DNA of 38,266 bases from Deltaproteobacteria bacterium (GCA_003599365.1 QZJR01000078.1:1-38266), one strand, 5' to 3'. Shown: positions 24,654 to 34,211, counted from the stretch's first letter. Program-made: numbers and translations. The notes: generated from the sequence alone by a model not told the origin.

Positions 24654-26339
24654 TTAATTACTACATAGTTTCCTAAGGATGTATTCCGGTGTAATCGGTA
24701 ACCCGTCATATCGCAACACCTGTTTGGCGATCAGCACCCCTGTCTCTCTTCGAATCAATCGGGCCAGTTGCCCGGTGGCATTTCCCTCTATACACACTAA
24801 TTCACGCGTCTTTTGAAGATGTTCCGAAAACTGCTCTGAGACCAAAGGCCAAACCTGGGTAAAATGGAGTGTGGCTATCCGTTTCCCGTTGGATCTCATC
24901 TGACTTGCGGCCTCAAGCACCGCACCCTTACTCGATCCCCATGAAACTAAAACCATATCCGGCTTTTCATCTCCCTGCAGTTGAGGCGGGAGCACCTCTG
25001 CTTTGATTCCTTCTCCCTTTTTAAGGCGTTTTTCTACCATCCTCTGGCGGACTGTCAGATCCTCAGTTATATGGCCATCTTCACTATGTTCATCACTATC
25101 GGCTACAACGAGGTGTTTGGAAATCCCTGGTAACATTCGCTGAGAGATACCGCTATCTGTAAAAGCATAGCGACGATACGGAGAAGATGAACTGGTCAGA
25201 GCATAAGAAGGGTTTACAGGAGACATGTCCTCAATGTCAAAAGGGTCTATAGCACGATACGAATCAGCGAAAAACTGATCCGTCAAAATAAAAATCGGCC
25301 CCTGATATCGCTCTGCAAGTTCAAATGCCTTTCGTGTTAGATAAAAACACTCTTCCACCGTACCAGGAGCGAAGATGGCTCGAGGGAACTCTCCGTGACC
25401 GCTGTGGAGCACTAATTCCATGTCCGACTGCTCGGTACGTGTTGGCAGACCAGTTGCCGGTGCAGGACGCTGAGAAACAACGATGACAATAGGAGTTTCA
25501 GTCATTGCTGCCAAACTCACTCCCTCGGTCATTAAGGCAAATCCGCCTCCAGAGGTACCTACCATGCTGGGGGCACCAGTGAATGATGCCCCTATAGCCA
25601 TGTTGATGGCGGCAATCTCGTCCTCAGCCTGCTCCACGATTATCCCCATTTTTTCAGACTTACCTGCCAGATTGACAGCTATGGAGGTTGCCGGGGTCAT
25701 AGGATAGAAGGAGTAGAACTTCAAGCCCGCTGATAGGGCTCCCAGGGCAATGGCTTCATTACCGTTCATAACCAGGCGGTCTGATGCATGGGAAACACGA
25801 GGTAGCTTTTGGAAAGATAGTGGCTGGTCGGCGGTCCACCGAAAGGCCTTTTCCAATACCAGTCGATTCTCTTTCACAGTCTCTTGATCCATCTTGTCAA
25901 AGAATTTATTCATTGTTTGGGAGACTAATTCTTCGTCAAGACCAATGAGGTAACTAACTACACCGAGAGCCGCAATGTTTAAGAACTTATCGGGAGCCCA
26001 CTGTTTGAAAGGAACTTTGATACCCTGATCATCGGCAATATCAAGTGCCTCGTCCATAATGATAAGCCCCCAAGGAGACAGTTCTTCCCGATGTATCCTG
26101 ACTGTATCCTTATCGAGGGGGACGAGGATATCTACCGCTTCCTGGGGAGCAATTACCTCATCAGCACCCATGCGAATAGCAAAGCTATTATGACCACCAC
26201 GAATTCGAGACTGGTAGCTCTGGGTCACGACTACTGAATAACCACTCCGCGCCACGCTCTTAGTAAGTATTTCCCCTATCGTTACCAGCCCCTGACCTGC
26301 CTCCCCCCCGATGAGCACGTTAATAGTATTTCTCGTCAC
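24654..26339 (-). CDS. korA: 2-oxoacid:ferredoxin oxidoreductase alpha subunit (gamma-alpha fusion)
   Basis: GGEAGQG, SRIRGGH, YPMTPAT, QAEDEIAA, TSGGGFALM and GLPTRTEQSD. Confidence 0.93.
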   Translation of the reverse strand: MTRNTINVLIGGEAGQGLVTIGEILTKSVARSGYSVVVTQSYQSRIRGGHNSFAIRMGADEVIAPQEAVDILVPLDKDTVRIHREELSPWGLIIMDEALDIADDQGIKVPFKQWAPDKFLNIAALGVVSYLIGLDEELVSQTMNKFFDKMDQETVKENRLVLEKAFRWTADQPLSFQKLPRVSHASDRLVMNGNEAIALGALSAGLKFYSFYPMTPATSIAVNLAGKSEKMGIIVEQAEDEIAAINMAIGASFTGAPSMVGTSGGGFALMTEGVSLAAMTETPIVIVVSQRPAPATGLPTRTEQSDMELVLHSGHGEFPRAIFAPGTVEECFYLTRKAFELAERYQGPIFILTDQFFADSYRAIDPFDIEDMSPVNPSYALTSSSSPYRRYAFTDSGISQRMLPGISKHLVVADSDEHSEDGHITEDLTVRQRMVEKRLKKGEGIKAEVLPPQLQGDEKPDMVLVSWGSSKGAVLEAASQMRSNGKRIATLHFTQVWPLVSEQFSEHLQKTRELVCIEGNATGQLARLIRRETGVLIAKQVLRYDGLPITPEYILRKLCSN

Positions 26340-26416
26340 GTTATATCCCTCCTTTGTAAAGCCTCTTAAAAAGTATTCCTTCCGGCTTCAGGACAGATGC
26401 TTTGACCAATCTGAGT

Positions 26417-27124
26417 TCAACTTCCATCCTTTCTCTTGTCAGCTCCCAGGGCTTCGCTAGCCATCTCGCTAACCCGTCGAACACTAAAGTGCCAGTCTCT
26501 ATAGAGATGTACCTCTGCATTGTCAGTCAAGAGAGCTTCAAGCTGTGAACGGCCATCTTGGACACCGAGCAATCCCATAGCCCATGCGGCCAGAGCCCTA
26601 ACCGTAGCATCTGATGAGCCCAGGCAGGGGTAAAGAATACGGGTGGCATCTTTCTCTCGTAATATATCGGGTCTCACCTGGGCCAGCCTTCCTAGACCCC
26701 ACACGACACCCCGCTGCAATGGTTGATAATCTATGTAATTCCCATCTTCTCGAATATAAGAAAGCAGGATATGGGCAAATTCCTCGGCCAGACCTTCATT
26801 GCATGTCATAATCTCGCCCATTGCCTCCGGTGCCCCCCACCCTATTCCTCCGGATTCGTCGTTTAGACTCCACATGAGGTGACGCATTATCGTGCGGGCT
26901 GACTCCATATCCTTTGCGGCAATATTAGAAACGATAAAGCCCATAGCAGTGACCGCCCTCCACTTCATATCTTCATCATCGGTATAGAGGGATGCAATAA
27001 GGGTATTGATGACCTTACGAGGATGCAGTTTAGATAATTCATCAAGTGCCTGATCAAAATCCGGTAATTTTAGCAGGCTTAATACCCTGTGCTTTAGAGC
27101 TGTTCTCCCTGTGCTCTTTTTCAA
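26417..27124 (-). CDS. DVU0298-like HEAT/PBS-lyase repeat protein
   Basis: LMWSLNDESGGIGWGAPEAMGEI motif and helical repeats. Confidence 0.8.
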   Translation of the reverse strand: MKKSTGRTALKHRVLSLLKLPDFDQALDELSKLHPRKVINTLIASLYTDDEDMKWRAVTAMGFIVSNIAAKDMESARTIMRHLMWSLNDESGGIGWGAPEAMGEIMTCNEGLAEEFAHILLSYIREDGNYIDYQPLQRGVVWGLGRLAQVRPDILREKDATRILYPCLGSSDATVRALAAWAMGLLGVQDGRSQLEALLTDNAEVHLYRDWHFSVRRVSEMASEALGADKRKDGS

Positions 27125-27145
27125 CGTGCTCTCTTAAGTAAGCCT

Positions 27146-27679
27146 TCATTTTCTCCCGGTATCAGACCTATAAGTGGGCGCATTCTTTGGGGACTTACCC
27201 TTCTTGACTTCCTGGTAATAAGCATAGGTAAGGGGTCTGCCTTCACGGAGTACTCCAGCACTGACAACATCTCCAAAAAAGACTGTATGAGTCCCCACGT
27301 CAATCTGGTTAAAGACCCTGGCCTCTATTATTGAAAGGGCATAATCCATGACTATGGGACAGCCCGTGCTTCCTGTTTTTACCTGGAAGCACTGTGACAG
27401 TTTGTCAATGTCCCGGCCACACTTAAAGCCGAAAAGCCCTATAAATGTCATTGGCGTGGACTCATCCAGAACGGAAACGGTGAATAAACCACTCTTTGAG
27501 ATGTACTCATGGGTGAGATTGTCTTTATTGATACTGAGCGCTATACGGGGTGGCTCTGCCGTTATCTGAAAGACTGTGTTCGCCACCTGGCCATTCTGCT
27601 TGCCGTTAAACCCTGACGAGACAATGTACATTCCATAGCTGAGGTCCCAGAGGGCTTTTTTGTCTATCTTGTTGTTCAT
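27146..27679 (-). CDS. Flavin reductase-like FMN-binding protein (homologous to the N-domain of high-molecular-weight rubredoxin)
   Basis: LSYGMYIVSS, NGQVANTVFQIT, FGFKCGRDIDK, DVGTHTVF and PLTYAYY...PKNAPTY. Confidence 0.88.
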   Translation of the reverse strand: MNNKIDKKALWDLSYGMYIVSSGFNGKQNGQVANTVFQITAEPPRIALSINKDNLTHEYISKSGLFTVSVLDESTPMTFIGLFGFKCGRDIDKLSQCFQVKTGSTGCPIVMDYALSIIEARVFNQIDVGTHTVFFGDVVSAGVLREGRPLTYAYYQEVKKGKSPKNAPTYRSDTGRK

Positions 27680-27701
27680 GATGAGGCTCTCCTCTCTATA
27701 A

Positions 27702-27858
27702 TTAGGCCATCCTGAAAAATGAAATTTCCTTTGGAACGAACATGAACAGGATTATTAAATCGTTTACAGTTGACAGTTCGCAGTTAACCGTGAACCGTGA
27801 ACAGTTTTTAAAACCTGCGCTAGAGAGTGGAAAAGGGAATTTTTCAGTGTGAACTTAA
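27702..27858. repeat. MITE-like element with imperfect terminal inverted repeats and an internal heptamer array
   Basis: ttaggccatcctgaaaaat ... atttttcagtgtgaacttaa. Six 7-mers at 27763-27804. A related end, ttagttcgtcctgaaaaa, occurs near 31500. Confidence 0.55.
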
Positions 27859-27859
27859 T

Positions 27860-27984
27860 TATAGTGAACGAATTAAATAAATTGACAAGAAGGATGTCAT
27901 TGCGAGCGCAGCGAAGCAATCTTATGGGATTGCCACGTCGCTATCGCTCCTCGCAATGACCACTTTATTAAGCCGTTCACTATA
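27860..27984. mobile_element. 125-bp MITE-like element with an internal REP doublet
   Basis: TIRs tatagtgaacg / cgttcactata. Internal gtcattgcgag...gcaatc / gattgc...ctcgcaatgac (27896-27960). Confidence 0.8.
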
Positions 27985-28012
27985 GATAAGGGGAACGTGC
28001 AAGCCCCGTTTT

Positions 28013-28387
28013 TTATGCCTTCCACAGGCCATGCAAATTACAGTACTCCCGGGCCGTGATTTTTTCTGCATCAATGCAAAAGACAGCTTCGGGTGCTTCC
28101 CCTGCCTTCAAAAATTGACGATATGCCGTACCGTCTGCAATTACTTCGATCCATTCGATGAAGTGTTTTTCCTCCATAGGATGGGGAACACTTCCGATTT
28201 TTACCTTGAAGCCACTCTGGGTCTTTTCTACCACGGGAACATGCTTCTCCCTGGCTGCATCGGTTGTGTTCTCTACATAAAGCTTCATGGGCTGGCCGCA
28301 GCACACCAACTCACCTTTTCCTTCATGAAGCATCTCTACAATGTTTCCACATATTTCACATTTGTAAATCTCTAATCTCTTTGTCAT
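28013..28387 (-). CDS. dfx: Desulfoferrodoxin (2Fe superoxide reductase)
   Basis: YKCEICGN...[22 protein letters not shown] and [11 protein letters not shown] 28387 with RBS aaggag. Confidence 0.96.
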   Translation of the reverse strand: MTKRLEIYKCEICGNIVEMLHEGKGELVCCGQPMKLYVENTTDAAREKHVPVVEKTQSGFKVKIGSVPHPMEEKHFIEWIEVIADGTAYRQFLKAGEAPEAVFCIDAEKITAREYCNLHGLWKA

Positions 28388-28475
28388 GGCTGTTCTCCTT
28401 TCTGGATTGGTAAAACGTTTTGTAAACAACATCCTAATACTGTCATTTCAAGTGAAACGACATCTTAATAAAAGT

Positions 28476-28928
28476 TCAGTTATCCGTCAGAACCTCCTCG
28501 TCCCATAACTTTTCAAAGAAGAGTTTATGGGCTCCTTCTTCGGCAGCAAGATTTTCAAAGAGTTGCCTTGAAGGTGAATCCGTGATGAGCTTTGCTAAAT
28601 CCGTGTAAAGGTGCATGGATGCTAATTCTCGACGCATAGCTATCTGCAGGAGGTCCTGCCATTTCATATCTGGCGAAGGCTCCTTATCCACCAGGTAATC
28701 TGCTATCTTGAGATTCTGTACAGGGTTGACCACTTTTTGGAAATAACCGGAGACATCCATTTTCTTGAGCCGGTCCCTGTGACTCTCTTCTACCGCCGCT
28801 ATTTTACGCAGTTCCTCTGTTATGGGCTTTACTTTCACTCTGCCCGAGAGGAGGTTGTAAAAGTCAACAGCCTCCTGCTCCTTTTCTATAGCAAAGGCTA
28901 TAATGTCCTTAAGTTCTTCTATTTTCAT
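28476..28928 (-). CDS. Ferritin-like/rubrerythrin-family diiron protein
   Basis: FAIEKEQEAVDFY, EESH, AMRRE and EEGAH. ATG 28928. Confidence 0.88.
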   Translation of the reverse strand: MKIEELKDIIAFAIEKEQEAVDFYNLLSGRVKVKPITEELRKIAAVEESHRDRLKKMDVSGYFQKVVNPVQNLKIADYLVDKEPSPDMKWQDLLQIAMRRELASMHLYTDLAKLITDSPSRQLFENLAAEEGAHKLFFEKLWDEEVLTDN

Positions 28929-29006
28929 ACCTACCTCTCTTTTCTGAAATTCTTTTTTGCAGTCAAGCAATCTGTTACTTAAAGGTTCTCCATTAGGCAT
29001 TTTACG

Positions 29007-29522
29007 CTAGGTTAGCTTTTTCACTGCTGTCAGTATTGCATCATAATCAGGTTCTTCAGCGATCTCTTTGACTAAAGAGATATACTGTATAATTCCGTTG
29101 CGATCAACCACGAAAACCGCTCTTGCCAACAGTCTTAGTTCCTTTATCAGAACACCGTATAAAGTGCCAAAGGAAGCGTCCCGATGGTCGGAAAGTGTCT
29201 GAACTCGGGTGATACCGGCAGCACCACACCAGCGCTTCTGTGCAAAGGGCAGATCCATGCTTATCGTAAGCACAACAACATCAGAACTAAGTTGGCCGGC
29301 CTCCTTGTTAAATCGCCTCGTCTCCATATCGCACACTGAGGTATCCAGAGATGGCACTGAGGAGATAATGCATACCTTGCCGAGGAATTTTGAAAACCTA
29401 ACCGGAGAAAGCTCATTATCCAACACTTCGAAGTCCGGCGCCTTATCTCCAACTCTGACTTCGTTCCCTACCAGCGTCAGCGGGTTTCCCCTCATTGTTA
29501 CAATTCCCTTTCTCTCTTTCAT
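29007..29522 (-). CDS. tpx: Thiol peroxidase (Tpx-type peroxiredoxin)
   Basis: VPSLDTSVC, SMDLPFAQKRWCG and LLARAVFV. Confidence 0.95.
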   Translation of the reverse strand: MKERKGIVTMRGNPLTLVGNEVRVGDKAPDFEVLDNELSPVRFSKFLGKVCIISSVPSLDTSVCDMETRRFNKEAGQLSSDVVVLTISMDLPFAQKRWCGAAGITRVQTLSDHRDASFGTLYGVLIKELRLLARAVFVVDRNGIIQYISLVKEIAEEPDYDAILTAVKKLT

Positions 29523-29558
29523 TTTACTCTCCTTAAAAAAGGGTGATGTTTAGGGTTT

Positions 29559-30131
29559 CTACCAGTTCTCTGCCAGGAGCTCGAAGTGAGCCTGAGGATG
29601 GTCACATGCAGGACATCTATCCGGTGCCTCGGTTCCCTCATGAAGATAACCGCAATTACGGCAGCGCCAAACCACGGCCTTGCCCTTCTTAAAGACTGTC
29701 CCTGCTTTGATGTTGGCAAGGAGTCCAAGGTAGCGTCTCTCGTGTTGCTTTTCAGCAACGGCTATTGATTCGAATATCCTGGCTATATCTACAAAACCCT
29801 CTTCCCGAGCAATTTTAGCAAAAGAAGGATACATATCTGTCCACTCGTAGTTTTCGCCTCCTGCTGCTTCCTTCAGATTCTCAGATGTCTTACCTATGAC
29901 GCCAGCGGGAAACGAAGCCTGAATCTGAACTTCACCTCCTTTCAGGAGTTTGAAGAGCCGTTTGGCGTGTTCCTTTTCCTGATTGGCGGTCTCCTCGAGA
30001 ATAAACGCTATCTGTTCGAACCCTTCCTTCTTTGCCTGGCTGGCAAAGTAGGTATAACGGTTTCGGGCCTGCGACTCGCCCGCAAAGGCAGTCAAGATAT
30101 TTCTCTCTGTTTTACTCCCCTTTAATTTCAT
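29559..30131 (-). CDS. rbr: Rubrerythrin
   Basis: [21 protein letters not shown] and EKQH, plus WRCRNCG...CPACDHP. Confidence 0.96.
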   Translation of the reverse strand: MKLKGSKTERNILTAFAGESQARNRYTYFASQAKKEGFEQIAFILEETANQEKEHAKRLFKLLKGGEVQIQASFPAGVIGKTSENLKEAAGGENYEWTDMYPSFAKIAREEGFVDIARIFESIAVAEKQHERRYLGLLANIKAGTVFKKGKAVVWRCRNCGYLHEGTEAPDRCPACDHPQAHFELLAENW

Positions 30132-30200
30132 AAAATCCCCCTTTCCTTCGTATTTTATTCAATTTTAACCTTGAGGTATTCGTAAAGAATTCCAACGACT

Positions 30201-30281
30201 TGTCATTTCGAGCAAAGCGAGAAATCTTAATCGTTAGTAATGTTAAGAGATTCAGATTCCTCACATTCGTTCGGAATGACA
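30201..30281. repeat. REP-like inverted doublet
   Basis: tgtcatttcgagcaaagcgagaaatct ... agattcctcacattcgttcggaatgaca, preceded by ttcgtaaagaa. Confidence 0.7.
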
Positions 30282-30312
30282 TATTGTTTGGTAGTGCACG
30301 CTGATCAATTTT

Positions 30313-30347
30313 ACTGGCAACTGACCACTGACAACGGACAACCGACA
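30313..30347. repeat. Degenerate heptamer tandem array
   Basis: actggca actgacc actgaca acggaca accgaca. Confidence 0.75.
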
Positions 30348-30824
30348 CTACTTATTGTCTCTGGTCAAGAGGAAAAGCTTTCTCAAATGTTCCTGCTCCT
30401 GATGAACAAGTTCTTCAATTGCATCCATTTGTGATTCTCGGACTAAACCCTTTACCTCCACAAAGAAGATTATAGACTCCTTTTCAAACCCTATAGCCAC
30501 ATCCAGGGCATCCTTCCTGTCCTTTACCTTATTTAGCACCTCATTTATACCCTCTTTTTTCGTAAACACATTCATTTCTGCCATAGCCTGAATATAGTCA
30601 TAATATTCCTCTTTGTCCGGGATATCAGGCTCGTAGTCCTTGAAGGTTTCATAGAGGGATTCAAGTCTTCTTATATGTTTTTCTTCTTCATCTGCCAGAT
30701 AGTCAAAAAGCATCTTCACATCTTCTTGCTCCATTGAGTCGGCCAAAGATCGATAGAAGGCAAAACCGTTTTTTTCGATCTGTATGGCTACCTTGATTAT
30801 TTCACTACCAGAAAAGAATAACAT
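30348..30824 (-). CDS. Ferritin-like/rubrerythrin-family protein
   Basis: AIQIEKNGFAFY, EEEKH, AIGFEKESIIFF and EQEH. Confidence 0.88.
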   Translation of the reverse strand: MLFFSGSEIIKVAIQIEKNGFAFYRSLADSMEQEDVKMLFDYLADEEEKHIRRLESLYETFKDYEPDIPDKEEYYDYIQAMAEMNVFTKKEGINEVLNKVKDRKDALDVAIGFEKESIIFFVEVKGLVRESQMDAIEELVHQEQEHLRKLFLLTRDNK

Positions 30825-30868
30825 TATATCTCTCCTTCATTTTAAGTTTATGAGGTTTTGAAAAAGTA

Positions 30869-31483
30869 TCAGGCAACCCTCTTAAAATTTTCCTTTGTTG
30901 CTTTGCAGACAGGACACTCCTCTGGCAAGTCTCCATCAAAGACATAGCCACAGACCTGACATACATGGTAATCAACCACTTGATCCGTTACCATGGCAGA
31001 TAAGGCATCCTTGTAGAGTTTGCTGTGCCTTTCTTCCACATCCCTGGAGCGGGAAAAACTCCCTGCGATATCCTCCCTGTTAAGTTCCATGGCATCCTTG
31101 ATTAGAGGAGGATATATTTGGGTATTGGCTTTGATCTCGTTCTCAAAGGCAGCCTTCAGATTATCCTCGGTGCTGCCGATTACCCCCTCCATGTACTTGA
31201 GATACTCGGATGCATGGACCCTTTCTGCCTCGGCAACTGCCCTGAAAAGACCCGCAATCTGGGGCAATCCTTCCTCCTCGGCCTTTTTGGCAAAGGCCAG
31301 GTTCCGTACATGTGCCTTCGATTCTCCGGCAAAGGCATCTTTCAGGCTTTTTTCAAGGACATCCGGCAATTTCTCATAAAGGATAAACTGGTACTTCGAG
31401 GCCCCACACACAGGGCATTTATCAGGCGGGCCTTCGCCTTCATGGATATAACCGCAAACCGTACATTTCCATTTTTTGCTCAT
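30869..31483 (-). CDS. Rubrerythrin-family protein with rubredoxin-like domains at both termini
   Basis: WKCTVCG...CPVC, then AFAGESKA, ERVH and EERH, then CQVCG...CPVC. Confidence 0.9.
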   Translation of the reverse strand: MSKKWKCTVCGYIHEGEGPPDKCPVCGASKYQFILYEKLPDVLEKSLKDAFAGESKAHVRNLAFAKKAEEEGLPQIAGLFRAVAEAERVHASEYLKYMEGVIGSTEDNLKAAFENEIKANTQIYPPLIKDAMELNREDIAGSFSRSRDVEERHSKLYKDALSAMVTDQVVDYHVCQVCGYVFDGDLPEECPVCKATKENFKRVA

Positions 31484-31529
31484 CAGTACCTCACTTTGAT
31501 TAGTTCGTCCTGAAAAAGCCAGATCAATC

Positions 31530-32717
31530 CTACAGGCCGGACAGACGCTGCGCTATCTTTTTCCCAAGTTCATGGCAGGCATGAATGCCCTCTTTATCGG
31601 GCACATACTGTATCTTCAAGCCGGGATCGATGATTTCGAATTTCATCGCTTCCAGTTCCTTATTAATCAGGTTCATAGCCTCACCGCTCCAGCCATAGGA
31701 ACAAAAGGCGGCGCCAACCTTGTTCTTCGGTCTAAGTCCCTTCATATAGGTCAGAAAATCGCTGACTGTAGGGAATAGTCCATTATTCAGGGTTGGAGAA
31801 CCGACGATGACTGCCCCTGCATCAATAACCTCTGTCATTATGTCGCTTCTGTGACATGACCGCAGATGCAGTGGTTTGGCATCTATCCCTTCCTCTCCCA
31901 GAGCGGCTACAATAGCCTCTGCCATCTTTTTTGTGCTTTGCCACATGGTGTCGTAAATAACCACTGCCTTTTTCTTGGGTTTCTGTTTACTCCATTCAAC
32001 GTAAGCCTTTATTATTTTAGCAGGGTCTTTACGCCAGATGATGCCGTGATCAGGACAGATTGTATTGAAAGTCAATCCCATCTCTGTTACTTTATCGACA
32101 AGTTTAAGAATAAGCGGAGAATATAGTAAAAGAATATTGGCAAAATACTTGAGGGCATGGGGCATGATAGCCTCGCCCATCTGGTCATCAAACCTTTCCA
32201 ACCCTGCGTAATGCTGTCCGAAGGCATCACTGGAAAAGAGGAGTTTATCCTCTTTGACATAGGTAAACATACTGTCCGGCCAGTGTAACATCCTGGTTTC
32301 TAAAAAAACCAGGGTTCTTTTGCCCAGGCTCAAATCCCCGCCATCTTCCACGGGCTTATAATTCCATTTCTCCTGAAAATGACAGGAGAGATTTTTATGA
32401 CCCATCCTTGAGCAGAACAGGGGTTTATCTTCCCCGATTTTGTGCATCACTCTTGGGAGACTGCCTGAATGGTCCATCTCTGTGTGATTGCTGATAACAT
32501 AATCGATCTTTTTGGGGTCAACAATCCGGCTGATGTTTTCTAGTAGTTCATCGGCAAACTCCTTTTTAACGGTATCAATCAGGGTAATCTTTTTATCCAT
32601 GATCAGGTAGGAGTTATAGGTTGTTCCCTGATATGTAGAATATCCGTGAAAATCTCTGATATTCCAGTCAATAGCCCCAACCCAGTAAATTCCGTCAACT
32701 ATTTCTGTGGGTTTCAT
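31530..32717 (-). CDS. fprA: Class A flavodiiron protein (rubredoxin:O2/NO oxidoreductase)
   Basis: GTTYNSYL, NHTEMDHSG, LHWPDSM, SSDAFGQH and PDHG; flavodoxin domain YDTMWQST, GSPT, SYGWSGE. Confidence 0.95.
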   Translation of the reverse strand: MKPTEIVDGIYWVGAIDWNIRDFHGYSTYQGTTYNSYLIMDKKITLIDTVKKEFADELLENISRIVDPKKIDYVISNHTEMDHSGSLPRVMHKIGEDKPLFCSRMGHKNLSCHFQEKWNYKPVEDGGDLSLGKRTLVFLETRMLHWPDSMFTYVKEDKLLFSSDAFGQHYAGLERFDDQMGEAIMPHALKYFANILLLYSPLILKLVDKVTEMGLTFNTICPDHGIIWRKDPAKIIKAYVEWSKQKPKKKAVVIYDTMWQSTKKMAEAIVAALGEEGIDAKPLHLRSCHRSDIMTEVIDAGAVIVGSPTLNNGLFPTVSDFLTYMKGLRPKNKVGAAFCSYGWSGEAMNLINKELEAMKFEIIDPGLKIQYVPDKEGIHACHELGKKIAQRLSGL

Positions 32718-32738
32718 TTGTCCCTCCGTGTCTGGTAT

Positions 32739-32897
32739 TTACTCCTTTTCAAACTGGTCCTTCGATGCCCCACAGACAGGACATGACCAGTCATCTGGCA
32801 AGTCTTCGAATCTGGTCCCAGGTTTTATTCCGTTATCCGGATCCCCCTGAGCCGGGTCATAAATATAACCACAGACTGTGCATACATATTTATCCAT
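32739..32897 (-). CDS. rub: Rubredoxin (52 aa; not in the ORF track)
   Basis: Manual translation [55 protein letters not shown] aaggagg. Confidence 0.97.
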   Translation of the reverse strand: MDKYVCTVCGYIYDPAQGDPDNGIKPGTRFEDLPDDWSCPVCGASKDQFEKE

Positions 32898-32917
32898 AAA
32901 ATTTAACCTCCTTCTTT

Positions 32918-33003
32918 AACAGCGGGCTTAAGCCCGCTGTTGTCATACCCGCTGTTGTTGTTATGTCCGTTGTTGTCATGCCCGCTGTCGATACCCCCTG
33001 TTG
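32918..33003. repeat. Perfect 24-bp palindrome followed by degenerate tandem copies of its right arm
   Basis: aacagcgggcttaagcccgctgtt, then about 5 units related to cccgctgttgtcat. Confidence 0.75.
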
Positions 33004-33008
33004 AGTAG

Positions 33009-33992
33009 TCAGCTCTCAGCTTCTTGATTTTTGGAACTGACAAGAGTTTTTACCCTTTCTTCAATCTCATCCCTAACCTCTCGCATAAAGTTTATTGGCT
33101 TATCAGAGGGGTCATGTAAATTCCAGTCATGGATGGGTACACCGGGAATATAAGGGCATTCTTCACCGCAACCCATTGAAATTATTGAGTCTGGCTTCAT
33201 ATAGTCTAAAACATCTTCAATGGATTTTGTCCTGCGAAATGCCATGTCTATCCCTTTTTCTTTCATTACCTCGACCATCGGCATATTTATCCCGCTTGCC
33301 GGCTGACTTCCGGCACTTTCCGCTTCAATCCTGTCCCCAGCATAGTACTGTGCAAATGCACTTGCCATCTGGCTGCGGCAGGCGTTTTCCCTACAGACAA
33401 AGAGGATTTTTTTCTTATTGAGAAGAGGCTCAATGAGCAGTCTGGTCTTTTCCTTCACCTCTGTCAGGGCTGTCGGGTGCTTTGCAATATCTCCTGGTCT
33501 CTCTATTTGCCTGTAGGTAAGACTTCCGTCAAAACCGGCACCAACGGCATCAAAAAAATATTTGGCTGTAAGGATAATGCCTTCAAAGAGGTTTTTACCT
33601 CTTGTGGCACCCAGAGCCAGTAAAAAGCCATGCCTCCACTTCCGACCCGGGTCTGTGAGTTTATGGATATACCTCCTTGCCCACAGGGTTTGACTGCGAT
33701 CGATAAGTGCCTTCAATTGTGCAGGAGCCCCGTAGAAGAATACAGGGGTAACCATTACTATTATATCTGCCTTCCAAAGTAAGGGATATATTTCCTCCAT
33801 ATCATCGCTTATAGAACAAAACCCTTCCCTTTCACAGGTGCCACATTCCTGACAAGGGGTTATCCTTTTGCTGGTTACCTCCAGGTTATATGTTCGTGCA
33901 CCGAGCCTTTCAGCCTCGGTCAGGAATGATGCAAGCAAGATGCTCGTGTTTCCATTCTTGCGAGGGCTTCCCTGTAATCCGAGAATAAACAT
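33009..33992 (-). CDS. Iron-sulfur flavoprotein (NAD(P)H:FMN reductase-like) fused to an ArsC/LMW-PTP domain
   Basis: GSPRKNGNT, CQECGTC-x5-C, TPVFF and LKALIDR; then ILFVCRENACRSQMA, SAGS, MGCGEECP and DP. Confidence 0.88.
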   Translation of the reverse strand: MFILGLQGSPRKNGNTSILLASFLTEAERLGARTYNLEVTSKRITPCQECGTCEREGFCSISDDMEEIYPLLWKADIIVMVTPVFFYGAPAQLKALIDRSQTLWARRYIHKLTDPGRKWRHGFLLALGATRGKNLFEGIILTAKYFFDAVGAGFDGSLTYRQIERPGDIAKHPTALTEVKEKTRLLIEPLLNKKKILFVCRENACRSQMASAFAQYYAGDRIEAESAGSQPASGINMPMVEVMKEKGIDMAFRRTKSIEDVLDYMKPDSIISMGCGEECPYIPGVPIHDWNLHDPSDKPINFMREVRDEIEERVKTLVSSKNQEAES

Positions 33993-34013
33993 ATTTCTCT
34001 CCCAAATTGTTAC

Positions 34014-34211
34014 TTATTCAACCTCGTATCCGAATCTTCCGACGTGTTCTCTGACCGTATCCACGCTAACGGGTTTTTCCTCGTCAAAACTTGCCACGCC
34101 CTTGTCTAGATCGACCTTTACATTTTTAATACCTTCAATTTCATTCAGGGCTTTAGTTACCGCCATGACACAGTGATTGCAGGACATCCCTTTTACCTTA
34201 ATAGTCGTCAT
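34014..34211 (-). CDS. copZ: Copper chaperone (HMA domain)
   Basis: VKGMSCNHCVMAV...GY, 65 aa. Confidence 0.9.
   Translation of the reverse strand: MTTIKVKGMSCNHCVMAVTKALNEIEGIKNVKVDLDKGVASFDEEKPVSVDTVREHVGRFGYEVE

Noticed and set aside
30112-30434. Short ORFs 30112-30348 and 30240-30434
   Set aside because: They are translations of REP and heptamer repeats.
32918-33003. CRISPR mini-array
   Set aside because: The units are contiguous, 13-18 bp long and have no unique spacers; no cas genes are present.
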